Source: Marsupella aquatica
Lineage: Eukaryota > Plantae > Marchantiophyta
Length of the DNA stretch: 64,000 bases
Assembly (NCBI GenBank): GCA_973895155.1
Contig: OZ316891.1
Coordinates: forward strand, 11,654,771 to 11,718,770
Direction of reading: 5' to 3'
The notes under the pieces were generated by a model. That model saw only the letters and a program-made list of their open reading frames with translations, was not told the DNA's origin and ran no database searches. This document shows positions 35,866 through 49,547 of this stretch, piece by piece (position 1 is the first letter of the stretch; each line of letters opens with the position of its first letter). The position numbers and the translations under genes are program-made.

Positions 35866-37257
35866 ATGGGGACAAAGCGTGGCAACAGAGTCAGGGGTCC
35901 ATTCGTGCTCTTTCTTGCATCGTTAATCGTTCTCCTTGGTTTCAGTTATTTCAACTACGAAGTTTTCTCAGAATGGGGCGCCTATGTTCTCCCAAATATG
36001 GTTCAGGCATCTTGTAACAGCTCCAGGAGTGCATCCGAGACCAATGAGACGTGTAGCCAGTGTTCCCCAATGCGAGAGAAGGTTATTGTCCAGGAGAAGG
36101 TCGTCGAGAAGATTGTGAAGGTGGAGTCGGCTCCTATATTTAAGCAATGGTGGGCCGAAGGTAGGCCATGGCACACACCCAGCAAGTTCCCGCTCTGCTC
36201 TATGGATACGTGTTTCAACTTCACAAGATGTGAAAACATGGACGAGCTTCTTGTGTATCACTATGACATTCCAACTTCGCCTGTAAGATACTTCGAGGGA
36301 TTTAACTTAACTCGCTGGTATACCTCTGATCCAGACAAAGCATGTCTTTTCTTCGTCTTCCAAGATCTCGAGTCCCCTTGGAGACCTCATCCGAATCAGG
36401 TCGAGCACTGGAACAATGGAATAAACCACATTCTCATCACCTTTACGGATCTGTGGATTCAGAAAAATCCGCCAGAAGAGACGATTGGGAATGCGTCAGT
36501 CCTCAGCAGTGCCCTCCTCGAAACAACATATCGCCCAGGGTTCGATATAGGTATTCCGCTTCCTGGTAGAGGACATATGACACATTTACAGAGTCTGAAG
36601 CCATCAGAAAGGCAATATTTACTCACATTTAGAGGAACCAGATACGTGGGATGGCGAGGGGAAGGTACTTTTCGTAGCGAAGCAAGTTTTCGCAACCTGC
36701 ACAACGGTAAGGACGTGATCGTGGTCACGAGCTGCAACCATCTGATTAATGATCTGGTCCGGGAAGAGAATCCGAAATTCGGGGAGAGATGCGATGAAGA
36801 CCAAAAGCTTTATAACCAGTACGACTTTGAAGGTCTTATGAATTCCACATTTTCTCTTGCGCCTGCAGGCATTTCGGGGTCGTCTTATCGGTTCATTGAA
36901 ATCTTGAGTTCTGGCGCAATCCCAGTGCTTGTTGTGGATAACCATGTGAAACCATTTGAGAACATTATCCAGTGGCCAAGATGTGCGCTGCAATTTCCCA
37001 CAACAGAGATGCACCGCATTGTTCCTGCTTTGAGGGCCATGTCTCAGAAAGATATTGAAGAAAGGCAGAAATACTGTGTTTGGGTGTACAAAGAATTTCT
37101 GAAGGATGACTCAACGCTTCTGCGCTCAGTCATGAGAGCCTTGAAGGTTCGGTTCAACGGTATATTCGCCCAATTCTCCGATACAGAATCGATATTTGCA
37201 AACAAGATGCGCAGGAGGCTCCAGTTTCTGCCTGAAGACATTCCGGACGCCCCTTGA
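35866..37257 (+). CDS. Exostosin-family (GT47) glycosyltransferase, type II membrane protein, intronless
   Basis: N-terminal TM helix; CSMDTCFNFTRC; TSDPDKACLF; HWNNGINH; YRPGFDIGIPL; RQYLLTFRG; MNSTFSLAPAG...SYRFIEILSSGAIPVLV...PFENIIQW. Confidence 0.9.
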   Translation: MGTKRGNRVRGPFVLFLASLIVLLGFSYFNYEVFSEWGAYVLPNMVQASCNSSRSASETNETCSQCSPMREKVIVQEKVVEKIVKVESAPIFKQWWAEGRPWHTPSKFPLCSMDTCFNFTRCENMDELLVYHYDIPTSPVRYFEGFNLTRWYTSDPDKACLFFVFQDLESPWRPHPNQVEHWNNGINHILITFTDLWIQKNPPEETIGNASVLSSALLETTYRPGFDIGIPLPGRGHMTHLQSLKPSERQYLLTFRGTRYVGWRGEGTFRSEASFRNLHNGKDVIVVTSCNHLINDLVREENPKFGERCDEDQKLYNQYDFEGLMNSTFSLAPAGISGSSYRFIEILSSGAIPVLVVDNHVKPFENIIQWPRCALQFPTTEMHRIVPALRAMSQKDIEERQKYCVWVYKEFLKDDSTLLRSVMRALKVRFNGIFAQFSDTESIFANKMRRRLQFLPEDIPDAP

Positions 37258-38511
37258 CGCTAAGAAAATCTATTCGTGAATATAGTTCTTTCTTAGAGCT
37301 TGATAATCAGTTCTAGCTAAATCGACTTTCAGCAAAGATTATCTTGACAGTTTCTCAAGAGATGTTCGTAGAGCCTGGACTCTCGTGATTGCTAGAAATC
37401 TCTGCACCTCTTTGATTCGCAACATACTCGAAAGACTGAAAATGCAAAAGATTCAACTATCGCACAAGAGCCAAGGAGACTTTTTGACAACGATGCCCTT
37501 TGGCTATTTGTCAACACTACTGTTTTGCGACGTACAGTAGACCAGCTACTGTAGCAAAGTAACGTAAGTTTCGTTCGACTCTCCAGCAAAGGTGATTTTG
37601 ACACTTTTCTGTTCAAACCTCGGATAAAATTCTGAAGTTCTACTAACAAGTTCTAACTGTGAGTATTCGTCGACCATCACGAAGATTGCCCTACTGTCTA
37701 AAACAACAGCTCTCCTGCGAAAATGCTGACAGAGCATGCCTGCCTCGCCGCTCGCTGTGCATGTAGGCCAGGAAACCCCTTTGTGTGGAATACTTTCCGG
37801 CTGTCCGGTTACAGTTTCCATACCGTCCAGCTTACATGTTTAATCAAGACCATCCTGTCCCAAGAATAAATAGCAGCACTCAGGAACGGTTTCATTCCGT
37901 TCTTCAACCTGCGCTCTAGGTTTTCCCTTCTTGTTGTCTTGAGTCTCAATTCTTAGTTTTAATCTCGAACTCATCTCTCTATAATTGCAGCCCCGCATAG
38001 GGATTAACCTGCTCGCTCCTATTGTCATTACCTTTAATAATAAGCAGAGAGTTTTTTCACATTGAATACAGTATCGTAGTTTGTTGAATTGAGCTGGTTT
38101 GTACCTCTCATGATGAATAAGAAGAGGACAGCTGCACCGCAGATTCTGTAATTGCGAGGTTATAAAGTAACGATCATACGTTCTACTTTTCGTCTGCTTT
38201 CGTTACTCATTATATCTTTGAGTCATACATTGGTTCATGATCGAACTTGATCATGTGATCAATCCTTGATCCCTCCTTCCTTTCAATTGATTTGAATCCT
38301 TCCAAAATCCTCTATAAAATAGCTAAATCTTGCACTGTCATTAAAAACCAGCAATCAGACGACTTATATATGGAAATTTCTGGAACTGCAAAAATTTATG
38401 ATATTGCGAATGAGAGCAACATTAAGTCTCGAGAACAAACTCCTCTCGAGTAAAGAAACATCCGCATCAGGAAGTTACGGAGTACTTCGTGTTTGTTTTG
38501 AAAATTTCGGA

Positions 38512-38612
38512 CGTGGTACTTCGAGACGTGCTCTTCTCCCTTCGTCGTACTCAAACGTGGTACTTCGAGACGTGCTCCTCTCCCTTCGTCGTGTACTCAA
38601 ACGTGGTACTTC
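38512..38612. repeat. ~45-bp tandem repeat, about 2.3 copies
   Basis: CGTGGTACTTCGAGACGTGCTC(T/C)TCTCCCTTCGTCGT..ACTCAAA repeated. Confidence 0.8.
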
Positions 38613-39756
38613 AAGTCAGTGGTTCGACGATTTTCTCGTCTTAATGACATTTGAAGAGCACGTTTGAAGACGTCACGTCGACTACCTTGAGGGCACAAAT
38701 TGCAATGGACAAGATTACTTCTAAATGTATAGTATTTCGCAACACCACTAAGTCACTTTGTCAAGAGATACAATTCTGGCCATTCTCGAGGGCCATGATA
38801 CTCAAACTTGCCTGCGCATACAATCGTTCCAAACAGTTTTCTGGCACTACTCAATTGTCAACTGTTTTTCAACCCAAAATTATATTAATGGCTTTGTAAG
38901 CTACAAGAAATGCTTTGCAGGCTTGTGACAGGATACTTTGTCTTCTCATGATCGACTGCTATCTGTTGTGAAGTTTCTGGGTTACTTTACTCATGTAATA
39001 TGCCGCGGGTATAAGTAGTTGAACTGGTGTAAGTCGTTGAACTCACCACGTGTCATTGTTTGCTGCTCTCCATTGATAGGGATTCACGTCTCTTGTATTT
39101 GAATTGTCTCTTTGGTCCGCGGGGATGCAAGGTATTAAGTTGGATCTCTCCCTCGCTCTGCGGCATTGATGATGAGAACATTCCAAGGTTTCTGTCTATG
39201 CTCTTCACAGAGAATACAAGGAAAATAAAGATGACAATCCGTACACTATCTTCTCTCAATGTGTAATCTCAAATCAATTGATGTGTGTAAAATTGTTTAT
39301 GTTCGCTCCATTGGGAAAGATCACAGGTTATGAACCTTAGCTTTATGACCTGCTCGAATATGGCCAGAAGCTAGCTGTTACTACTGCAGTCTACATTACA
39401 AATCGGATGCCTACAAGCATCAATCCTGATGACATGTCACCTATTGCCCATCTACATGCTGCGATTAACTGTGATTATACATCAAACATTGCTCATCTAT
39501 GAACATTTGGTGCGGGATTTGGTGCTATTGCCTATGTTCATCCTCCTGAGAAGTGACTCAGTGGTGACAAATTCAAACCTCAAGCTCAACGTGGCTTTCT
39601 TGTTGGTTATGCAGATGGTCTCAATTACCGCATTTGGTATCGTGACTCCCACCAAATTGCTATATTTGCTTATGGCATTGTCGATGAGACTTCACGCTCT
39701 AAATGTCCAATTCTTGAGTCCACAAACGACTATGCTTCAGTGCTCATTGATACGAC

Positions 39757-42700
39757 TGTTGTAAAACACTTGCTCGTAAGTCACTTAGGAGATTAAGCTT
39801 TTCTCTTAGCTTAACCTGCGCCTCCATTCTTACTTCCGGCCGCTCTCTTCCCTACTGTCGATCCTAGGTTACTACCTTCCCTCCGTTGATTCCCTCTCCC
39901 TAAATCCTACTTATAGTGAGTCCTGCGCTCAGTCCTATGTAGCAATAGATTAGTGTTACCAACATGGTATCAGAGCCATGCTCTGATTAGCGTCCTCAGG
40001 TATCACGCATGTTCAGGTAGAAAGTTCCCTGACACTTAGTACCAGCAGCACTAGATTCTAGATTTGCTCGCCGCGTACTCAGGTTGAAAGTTCCCTGACT
40101 AACACGAGCACTGCTTAGAACATTCCTTGCTTGATTAGAGCAACTACTGACATTCATAAGATTAGATTTGACTCAATCGACTCATTGCTTTGCTCAGGTT
40201 TGAAAGGTTCCCTGACACATCACTATTCTGCATTTTTTACCATTCTTCTCATTAGTGAATCAATAGTTTCTTTTTGCCATGGAACTACTGAGGATATTCT
40301 CCGACACCGATAAGCTAGATGGCACCAGTAACCACATGGCCTGGACCATTGTGGTTAAGAATCTTCTGAAAAAGGAAGACGTGTTTCATGAACTCAACTT
40401 CAACGCCAAGCCTGACGCCAATGGCAACTTCATAGATGGCGGAGCCCATCTGACCGCCAAGGAGAAACAGAAGAAGAAGGACAAAGTTGTCGCCATCCTT
40501 GCATTTACAGTGAAGTCCAAATTTCTGTCCACAGTGGACAAGTTCTCCGACGATCCAGCCAAGTGTTGGGAGCATTTTCATCAATGCTTTGGTGGAGATC
40601 TACTACAACGCCAGATGTTCCTGATGCAGAAGCTTCAGACTACACACATGGTCGAGGGGAGCTCTGTGGAACTCTACATCAACCGGATCAACGAGTTGGC
40701 CGGACAGCTTTCCAGCATCAACGCCGAAGTAGACGAAACGCGTCTCATGCATATCGTACTACAAGGCCTTCCGCTCAGCTGGAATGCATTTGTTTCTATT
40801 TTCAGTGTTGATCTCTCTCGTACTCCTAAACCAAATTTTTCTAACCTTCTTGAACGTTTGCAATCTGATGAATACTGGAGGAAGGCCAAACAGGCTCAGG
40901 CTGAGTCTCACGAAGAAGCTATGGCTGTTACACGTTCATTCACTCACAGCCGGGGATGACCTTTTCATCGCCCTGATTCTTATCCACCTCGCAACAACTT
41001 CCGCAACACTCCGCCTCAATCTCAATCTCGGCCCAATCCTGCTCTCTCAGTTGGACGTGGGCGGCGAATCGGCACCTACAACTACTGTGGAAAGACCGGT
41101 CACTGGGAACCAGAATGTGATCTAAAGAAACTAGATTCTCAAATCGCTGATCTTCAACTCAAAGCTGCTGGGATACGCAGGTACCAACCTCAAGCCAACA
41201 GTGTTGAGACCCCTCCTAACTACTACGATGGACCTGAGGACACCACAGAAGTCTACAACGACAATGAGCACGGTGAGTACTTTGAAGCAAACTACTCTGA
41301 GCTTGACACAACTAGCCATAGTCCTAGTGAGTGGATACTCGACTCCGGCACAAGCACTCACGTTATAGGAGACAGTTCTGTCTTCCGCACTATCAACGCC
41401 GACTCTCACTCCGAATCAGTGACTACTGCTAGCGGTACTCAGCTGCCTGTAGCTGGACATGGTACCATTTCTATTGATTGCAATAAAGAGATCAACAAAG
41501 TTTTGTACGTGCCTGGTCTTCAACGGAATCTTCTCTCCATTGGGTCCCTCACCGACGCAGGCCATCTCATTCTTTTCAATTCAAAATCCTGCTTTGTTTT
41601 TGACAAGGACAACCCGTCTAACATCTTCCTCAGAGGAGCTCGCGATCCTCGCAACCGCCTCTACAAACTGCGTCAACCACTGCCGCTCGTTCCTTCACAC
41701 TCATGTCATCCCGACTTACTTCAGCAGTCCCCTATTTTGCTCATAGAAGTCTCTCACACCGACCCTGTCGACCTCTGGCATCGTCGCCTCAATCACGTGA
41801 ACTACCAGATGGTACATCACATGTCCACGGGGTCCTTAGTCACTGGGATACCACCCTTTCCTTGGGTAAAACGGGTTTGCGACACCTGTGTTCTAGGCAA
41901 ACACCATCGGGACAAAGCTCCCAAATATTCTTGCTCTCGATCTTCTTGACCTCTAGAACTCATTCACTCCGACCTTTGTGGACCAGTTCATGGGCCCGGT
42001 CCCACCAAGTATATTCTCACTCTTATCGATGATTTTTCACGCTTTACTTGGGTTTACTTCCTCGCTTACAAAAGTGATACGTTCGCAAAATTCAAGGACT
42101 TCAAGATTCTTGTTGAAAACCAATTCAACCACAAAGTTGGTTGTCTTCGCTCAGATCGCGGTGGGGAATACATGTCCGTAGAATTTCTATCTTTTTGCAA
42201 GCTCCACGGCATTCGACGTCAACTAACCGTAGTTGACTCTCCACACCAAAATGGCATTGCAGAACGCAAAAACTGCACCCTACTTGAAGCTGCCTGGACC
42301 ATACTAATTGATTCTGGTTTTCCACTGTCTCTCTGGACTGAAAGTATCCGTGCAGCTAATTACGTCCAAAATCGATCCGGCACACGTGCCCTTCATCAGA
42401 CTACTCCATTTCAGGCTCTACATGGCTCCAAGCCCGACCTCAGCCACCTCCGTGTTCTTGGTTCAACTGCATACGTTCTTATACCGGCCTCTCAGCAGAC
42501 CAAGCTCAGCATCAAAGCCATCCGCACCACCCTTCTCGGCTATGACGATCAATCTAAGGCCTATCGTTGTTTTGATGCTACACGCCAACGCATTCTCATC
42601 TCCAAAGATGTTACATTCGACGAGAATACCATGGGCATTCACGTCACCAATCCTACTGCCGCTCAACTACTATTCCAATCTCTCCTCACTGATGATATTC

Positions 42701-45337
42701 CTACAGCTTCGCTCGCTCCGGCAATTCTTGCTCCAGAGGGGGAACCAGTGCCCGATCAAGCACCTGATCAGGAGCCTCCAGTTCTAGAAGAGGAGCCTGT
42801 CTGTGAACCTCTGGAACCAGTATGTGAACCAACACCTCAACCAGCACCTCAACCAGCGCTACGACACTCCCTTCGGACCCGACAACCACCACCTTGGCAC
42901 AACGACTACGAAATGAGCAGCAATCTCGTCGAGGCCACTGGATCTGAATGTGGAAATCTATCTGTCAAAGAGGCTCTCAAACACCCAGGATGGAAGAAGG
43001 CCATGGAAGATGAAATCAAATCTCTCCTCGACATGGGCACCTGGGAGCTAGTCTACCTCCCTGCTGGACGACGCGCCCTCACAGCAAAATGGGTCTTTCG
43101 TGTCAAGCCCGACTCAACCAGATTTCGACTGAAAGCTAGGCTCGTTGCACGTGGTTTTGAACAAAAGTTTGGCATCGACTACAATGAAACCTTCGCCCCT
43201 GTAGTCAAATGGTCCACTCTGCGTGCTGTCATCGCCCTTGCCATAGCCAACAGATGGGAGCTACACCATATGGACATCATCACTGCTTTCCTCAATGGCA
43301 CCCTCACAGAAGAACTCTACATGCAACAACCTCAAGGTTTTGAGACTCCTGGAAAGGAAACAATGGTCTGCCGCCTACGACGATCACTCTACGGTCTCAA
43401 ACAATCTCCCCGGGCCTGGTACAGTGAAATCAACTCTCACCTTCGAGAAACTGGATGGACCCGTAGCACTGCAGATCCGAATCTCTACTTCTATCACTCA
43501 GATGGGGCGCTTCTTATTCTCATGCTCTATGTTGACGATCTCCTCATCACCGGCAGCGATTCTGGCAAAATTGCTGACATCAAATCCCATCTCCAACACA
43601 AGTACCAGATGAAGGACCTCAGCTTGGCCCAGAAATATCTTGGCATTGAGTTCCTTTGAACACCTACTGGCCTCATTTTACACCAAGCTACCTACTGCCA
43701 GGAGCTCATCAACGAATTTGCCATCACCACATCAACGTCAATTCCACTCCCTGAAGGCCACATCCTCACAACTGATACTAACACCCCGCCATTCGACACA
43801 AGTGCTTATTGCCATGCTGTTGGCAAACTTATTTTTTTAACTCATACTCGACCTGACATCTCCTACGCCGTCGGCATCGTCAGCCATTACATGAGCGCTC
43901 CACAACAACGACACTGGGATTCTGTTCAAAACATTCTCAAGTACCTACACGGCACTTCTGACTATTGGATTACCTTTGTCAATACATCTACGACCTCCCT
44001 TCAAGGATTCACCGACGCTGATTTTCTTGGATGCCCGGAAACTCGTCGCTCCCGTGGTGCTTACCTGATTCAATTGGCGAACGGTCCCATCTCATGGTCC
44101 AGCAAGCTTCAAAGTACCGTCTCTGATAGCACCACTGAGGCAGAATACAAGGCACTTTCCGAAGGGGCTAAGGAAGCTGTCCATATTCGCAGACTACTTG
44201 CCGAACTTGATCCTCACTCCAAACTTACCGTTCCTCTCACTTCTTCAAACTCATCCATTCATCACAATCTCTCCCATGCACATATTCCTACCTCTGCTGA
44301 CATCCACTTACACTGTGACAACCAGGGATCTATCAAGCTCGCCAACAATCCCGTTTTTCATGCACGCACCAAGCACATCGAAGGCAAATACCATTTCATC
44401 CGCGAAAGGGTGCTAGAGGGGGAAATCTCATTATCTTACATCAACACAAACAAAAATCCCGCCGACATCTTCACCAAGCCTCTCTCAAAACTCAAGTTTG
44501 AGAAACATCACAACTTTATTGGAGTGAAATCTATTTCAGGAGCACAGAAACACTCCTGAAATACACCTTCCTTCTACATTCCATATTTCGACAAGAAATA
44601 CTCTGCCTCCCGCAATGTACAAAAACTCTGATGACAATTCCTTGAATAACCATTGACCTCCTTACTTGCTTCTGCCTAATTTAGGTAGATTCCTGGCCTA
44701 CGCCCGACTGCCACTGCATAATAACGACGTCTATACAGCATCGGCATTCTATCAGCCTGATCTTCTTGGGAGACCTGAGCTTCAGAGGGGGCACTCGGCC
44801 CATACACTTCAGCTCTCCTCAACGACACTAACATTCAGCTCTCCTGCTGCTCACCAATCCGCACCTGAGGATCCCTCCTCTCCTCCTCTATCTTTGGCAT
44901 TTTGATCAGCTCATCGACATCCTGCAAACGAATCCATCCGAAGACTCCCCTACATCCCCTTGACAGCAATTGCAGCAATCACGCCACTACTTCCAAAACA
45001 CCACATATACTCACCACTAGCACATGACGGAATGACATTCTCGCCTTTCCTTCCTCTCTCTTCTCCTCAGTTATTTTGTGGACATCACCGTCCTCCTTTC
45101 TCTCCTCAAAAACTTACTCGAGAGGGGGTGTTGTAAAACACTTGCTCGTAAGTCACTTAGGAGATTAAGCTTTTCTCTTAGCTTAACCTGCGCCTCCATT
45201 CTTACTTCCGGCCGCTCTCTTCCCTACTGTCGATCCTAGGTTACTACCTTCCCTCCGTTGATTCCCCTCTCCCTAAATCCTACTTATAGTGAGTCCTGCA
45301 CTCAGTCCTATGTAGAAATAGATTAGTGTTACCAACA
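39757..45337 (+). mobile_element. Younger full-length Ty1/Copia retrotransposon (LTRs 39757-39964 and 45129-45337; TSD ACGAC) nested in the old Copia
   Basis: TG...CA LTRs of ~208 bp differing by about 2 substitutions and 1 indel. PBS TGGTATCAGAGC (tRNA-iMet) at 39965, PPT GAGAGGGGG, 5-bp TSD ACGAC on both sides. Confidence 0.97.
40279..44559 (+). pseudogene. Copia gag-pol polyprotein (Gag, zinc knuckle, protease, GAG-pre-integrase, integrase, RT, RNase H), one frame broken by three TGA stops
   Basis: ORFs 40279, 41419, 42172 and 43891 share one frame. Motifs: WILDSG, LWHRRLNH, RSDRGGEY, PHQNGIAERKN, KARLVARGF, LYVDDLLI, CDNQGSI, ADIFTKPL. Stops at 40957, 41947 and 43657. Confidence 0.93.
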
Positions 45338-46036
45338 ACGACTACATCCTATTTGGCAACACCACATGAGACGCCGACAATTGTTCATACAATTTGTCTC
45401 CTACCACCACTCTAGCATTATCAACCATTGTTACTGACTCCTTGGCTATTCCTTCTAACGTCTCCATAAGGGACCCCTTAGAGGATGTTGTGCAGTACCT
45501 GGTCATGTTTCCGCCGCTTGGGGTGGTATCCGATGAGTTCCAATAGGATGTTGCGGTTGCTGTTGCCGCTGCTGGTCCTGTGGAAGTCCCAAGTGGGGTT
45601 CAAAAATCTAGTCAGTCAACTCATGGTGTTCCTACTTGTTGCTATTCAGCTATGGGTCGAGTGATTCATGTTCCATCTTCGCTTCTTTATTCTTACTCCA
45701 TGGGGCTTTATTCTTCCACATCATTCTGGTGACACGCCAGTGACGCATAAAGTTGCAATGGCTGGACCAGACGCTGGTCAGTGGAAAGAAGCAGAGCAAC
45801 ATGAGCTTGATCAATTGAAGAAACATCAGGTGGCTTGTCTTGTTACTTTTAATTACCACCTGATGCCCGAATGTTGCCCTCAAAATGGCTCTATACACAA
45901 AAATCGAATGGCATTTTCAAAGCCCGTTTTGCTGCTCATGATGATAAGCATAGGTCTGGGGAGGACTATGAGGATACATTTGCGTCTATTGTATGTCCAA
46001 AAACATTTCGCACACTCATGGCCATGATTGTGATTG

Positions 46037-49000
46037 ACAGTCGTGATCGACAGGAAAACTCTTGCACAAAAGATGGAATGAAAAGAATGCGTACTGCTTT
46101 CATTCAGGAGAGAGAGAACAAATAGATGTCAAAATGGACATCAAGATTTTTCCCCGAAAAAGGCGGAAGGGGAAAAGTAAAAAACTCCAGGTGAAAAATC
46201 AGTGGGGGGCGCGCCTGGGGTAGCGTAGAGTCTAAACTAAAACAGGTGTCAAGATCACAGGAGATCGACAAAAGAGGTAAACCACAATGATTGCTCAAAA
46301 CAGCTATGAGGCTGAGAGTTTCAATGTTATTACAGCTTTTTTATACGCCTTACTTGCGAGCATGATCCTATTTACATTCATCCACCAATATGATTTCTGA
46401 CCGAACAAGAACTATTTCCGCAAACGAGAAGTGTGTTTTCATTTTCTGTCGAATCTCGCAAAATCGGTGATTTTTTTAATCAAAAACAGGTTTTTGGGGA
46501 AATAATGAAATCCGCATCGGAGTTTGGATTGAATCAAGAAATTCAGGAATGTTCCAAACCACTGAAATTAATGCTCACAAACATTCAATTTATCAAGGAA
46601 AAATTAGATACGAAAAACTTTCGCCTGAACCTCATATTCACGCTCTCCGAAGATATATGAAAGGTCTTATCTAGAAATCTATATCTACTTTTTGAACAAA
46701 GTCCAATAACTGTATCGGACTCCGGATTTCAACCATGAAAGTTTTGACCCAATCTCAGTTTTCTCAGTTTTTGGTTATTTACCGTAACTATTTTACATCA
46801 CAGTCAATAAGAAATTATTGCACGGTTCGTCAAACTTACCTTGCAGTTACCTCCACAATTGACCATAGTTACCTCCACAAGTAACCATAGTCAACATGCT
46901 GTTGTTTCAACAGCAATGCGCAGTCCGATAAAATTATCGCGAAAACTACGGACGGCAAAAATACTTGCCGACAATACTAAGATCCTTTGGTTCATCGGTT
47001 AAATTTCAAAATTGCAACTATCCATATGAAGAAAACACTTTTTGCAATACCAACATCAGATAAATTTATCGCTTCAATTTCAAAATTGCAACTTCCATAT
47101 GAAGGAAACACTTTTTGCAATACCAACATTAGATAAATTTATCGCTTCAATTTCAAAACTATATAAACCCCATAGTGTCTCGGATAATCATGTCTCAATC
47201 AGACACAGATTCACCTTCAAGTTTAGTTAAAATCCTCTCCTAATGTTGTCGCTTGCTCTTTGCCAAGTCGCATCCCTAAAGCTCTACCTCTCTCATAGTA
47301 GATTGTGCCTGAAATCTTTGACTTTGATTGGGATTATGATGCAAGTTCTGGTCCTAAGCCCAGTTCTTACTATGTGTCGCCTAATAAACCTGACAAGTGT
47401 CGTCTCTTGAGCGTTCCATCACCAAGAATTGAGAAAATTTCAATCCCAGGTTTAGGTCTGAGACATCGCTTCAGGCCATCCATCCCGGGTTATGGAGAGG
47501 GTATCCGGCAACCGATACGCGTATTGCACTTGGCATTCAAGTCGCCACATTCAACTCACATTCAACGACGGATTTTTCAGTCTTTGGGTGAGGAACAGGA
47601 AGCAGAAAAGAGTAAGTTTCTAAACTCGTGTGTTACTCCCCATAATTTTATCGGGTTGAGGATTCCAATGCTTCTTCTTTGGTAATTGTGTGTGAATATA
47701 TTGTTTGAATAGTTTGAATACTTATCCCAATAAATTTATCGTTGTCATGGTTTAACATTATGGTAATCGAATCAAGTGTTTGAATACTGAACGTGATAAA
47801 TTTATGGTATCAATCCAGCAAAGTTCTAAACTTTTTTATTATTGAGGAAAATTCTCAACATTGCTAAACGAGCATCGGAAGGCACAAGCATTGGAGAGGG
47901 AGAAGTTAGCAAAGCACCGGAGCAAATATAACAAGAGTTCTTAGAAATATTTGGAACACGAATTCGGACAAAAGATAACATGGACAACATAACACCACTA
48001 TTAGACTGGGCTCATTGAGTGCTTCAAAATGAGTCCAAACATGACTACCTATGTACATCCACAAATAACATATCAACAATTCTTAGTTTTGTAACTTTCT
48101 ATAATGATAAAACAATATCAATCTTTGGAATACAAACAACAATAAATTTATTGCAACTTTCATTCCTCCTTATATTTTGGGTACTCCTGGTTGGTCTCTC
48201 GAGGTAAGATCCATTAGCACAAGGTTTTGAGGAACAAATCTTGTCCCTATTATTATCTTGTATTGAAACATAATATGGACAACATAACACCACTGTTAGA
48301 TTGGGCTCATTGAGGGCTTCAAAATGAGTCCAAACATGGCTATCTATGTAAATCCACAAAAAACATGTCAATCATTCTTAGTTTTATAATTTTCTATAAT
48401 GATAAAACAATATCAATCTTTGGAATACAAACAACGATAAATTTATCGCAACTTTCAATCCTCCTTATATTTTGGGTACTCCTGGTTGGTCTCTCGAGGT
48501 TAGATCCATTAGCACAAGGTTTTGAGTAACAAATATTGTCCCTATTATTATCTTGTATTGAAAAATAATATGGACAACATAACACCAATGTTAGATTGGG
48601 CTCATTGAGGGCTTCAAGATGAGTCCAAACATGACTATCTATGTAAATCCACAAACAACATGTCAACCATTCTTAGTCTCAAATGATTAATCCGTCAAAG
48701 GATCATTTCATTTATCGGAGTCTCAATTTATCCTCAATCCATCAAAGGAATGTCGACTCCAATAAATTTATTGAAGTCTCAAATAATCCTTAATCCGTCA
48801 AAGGAATGAAGACTCCGATAAATTTATCGGAGTCGACTCAAACAATCCTTAATCCATCAAAGGAATGAAGACTTTGATAAATTTATCGGACCTTGAATAT
48901 AGTATATGGAATGATTGCTCACTCCTATCATTCTATTTGATGTTCTTCAAACATATTCAATTCTTCAAAGGAATGCAACTGAGGAATGCAGAATGCGATA

Positions 49001-49547
49001 AATTTATCGCAATCCACTCGGGTCAAGACATTGCCACCAAATGACAAGTCAACCTTACATAGATGTTACTCGAACTGGAATGGTAGTTCCAATAAATTTA
49101 TCGGGTTCTCTGGAGAAAGAGTCAAGTCTCTTGTGAGGAATGTAAGACTTGATAGGAGTCCAATATTCGCTCTGAGTGAGGTGTTGTTCGCTCCGGCAAA
49201 AATAAACCTTTTATGGGCAGCCCACTCCTCTTTATATAGGGGATGCTCTAACCATGGCTACTTTTCCCCGTTAACCATGGTTACATTTGCACTAACCCGG
49301 GTTAGTACGTGGTCGATCCTCGATTACGTGGTTCGGACCAATTTACTCGCAGTTCGGACTTTTTCACAGACCGAATGTAAAACCCGATGCACGTATCGCT
49401 CCCTGCATTCCCGCGTCGATGCAATGTAGGCAACTCGTGTTTTTTCAATTTTTTGGCAGTTCTATTGGAGATTGCATTGCCTTAGAAAAAAATGGAATCG
49501 GGCTAAACGAGAAGTGTGACACACTTCTCGGTCGATCCGAAATCGTG
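46037..49547. mobile_element. Non-coding ~3.5-kb insertion in the RT of the old Copia, rich in palindromic (G/A)ATAAATTTAT(C/T) motifs, with a terminal hairpin; class uncertain (non-autonomous DNA transposon or Helitron-like)
   Basis: The Copia RT frame breaks after ...RTLMAMIV (~46035) and resumes at PPGYE (~49552). Hairpin CGAGAAGTGTG-A-CACACTTCTCG at 49508-49530. Internal ~295-bp and ~58-bp tandem repeats. Confidence 0.6.
47980..48680. repeat. ~295-bp tandem duplication, about 2.3 copies
   Basis: ATGGACAACATAACACC...GGGCTCATTGAG occurs at ~47980, ~48275 and ~48570. The spurious ORFs 48099-48371 and 48394-48666 are near-identical. Confidence 0.9.
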
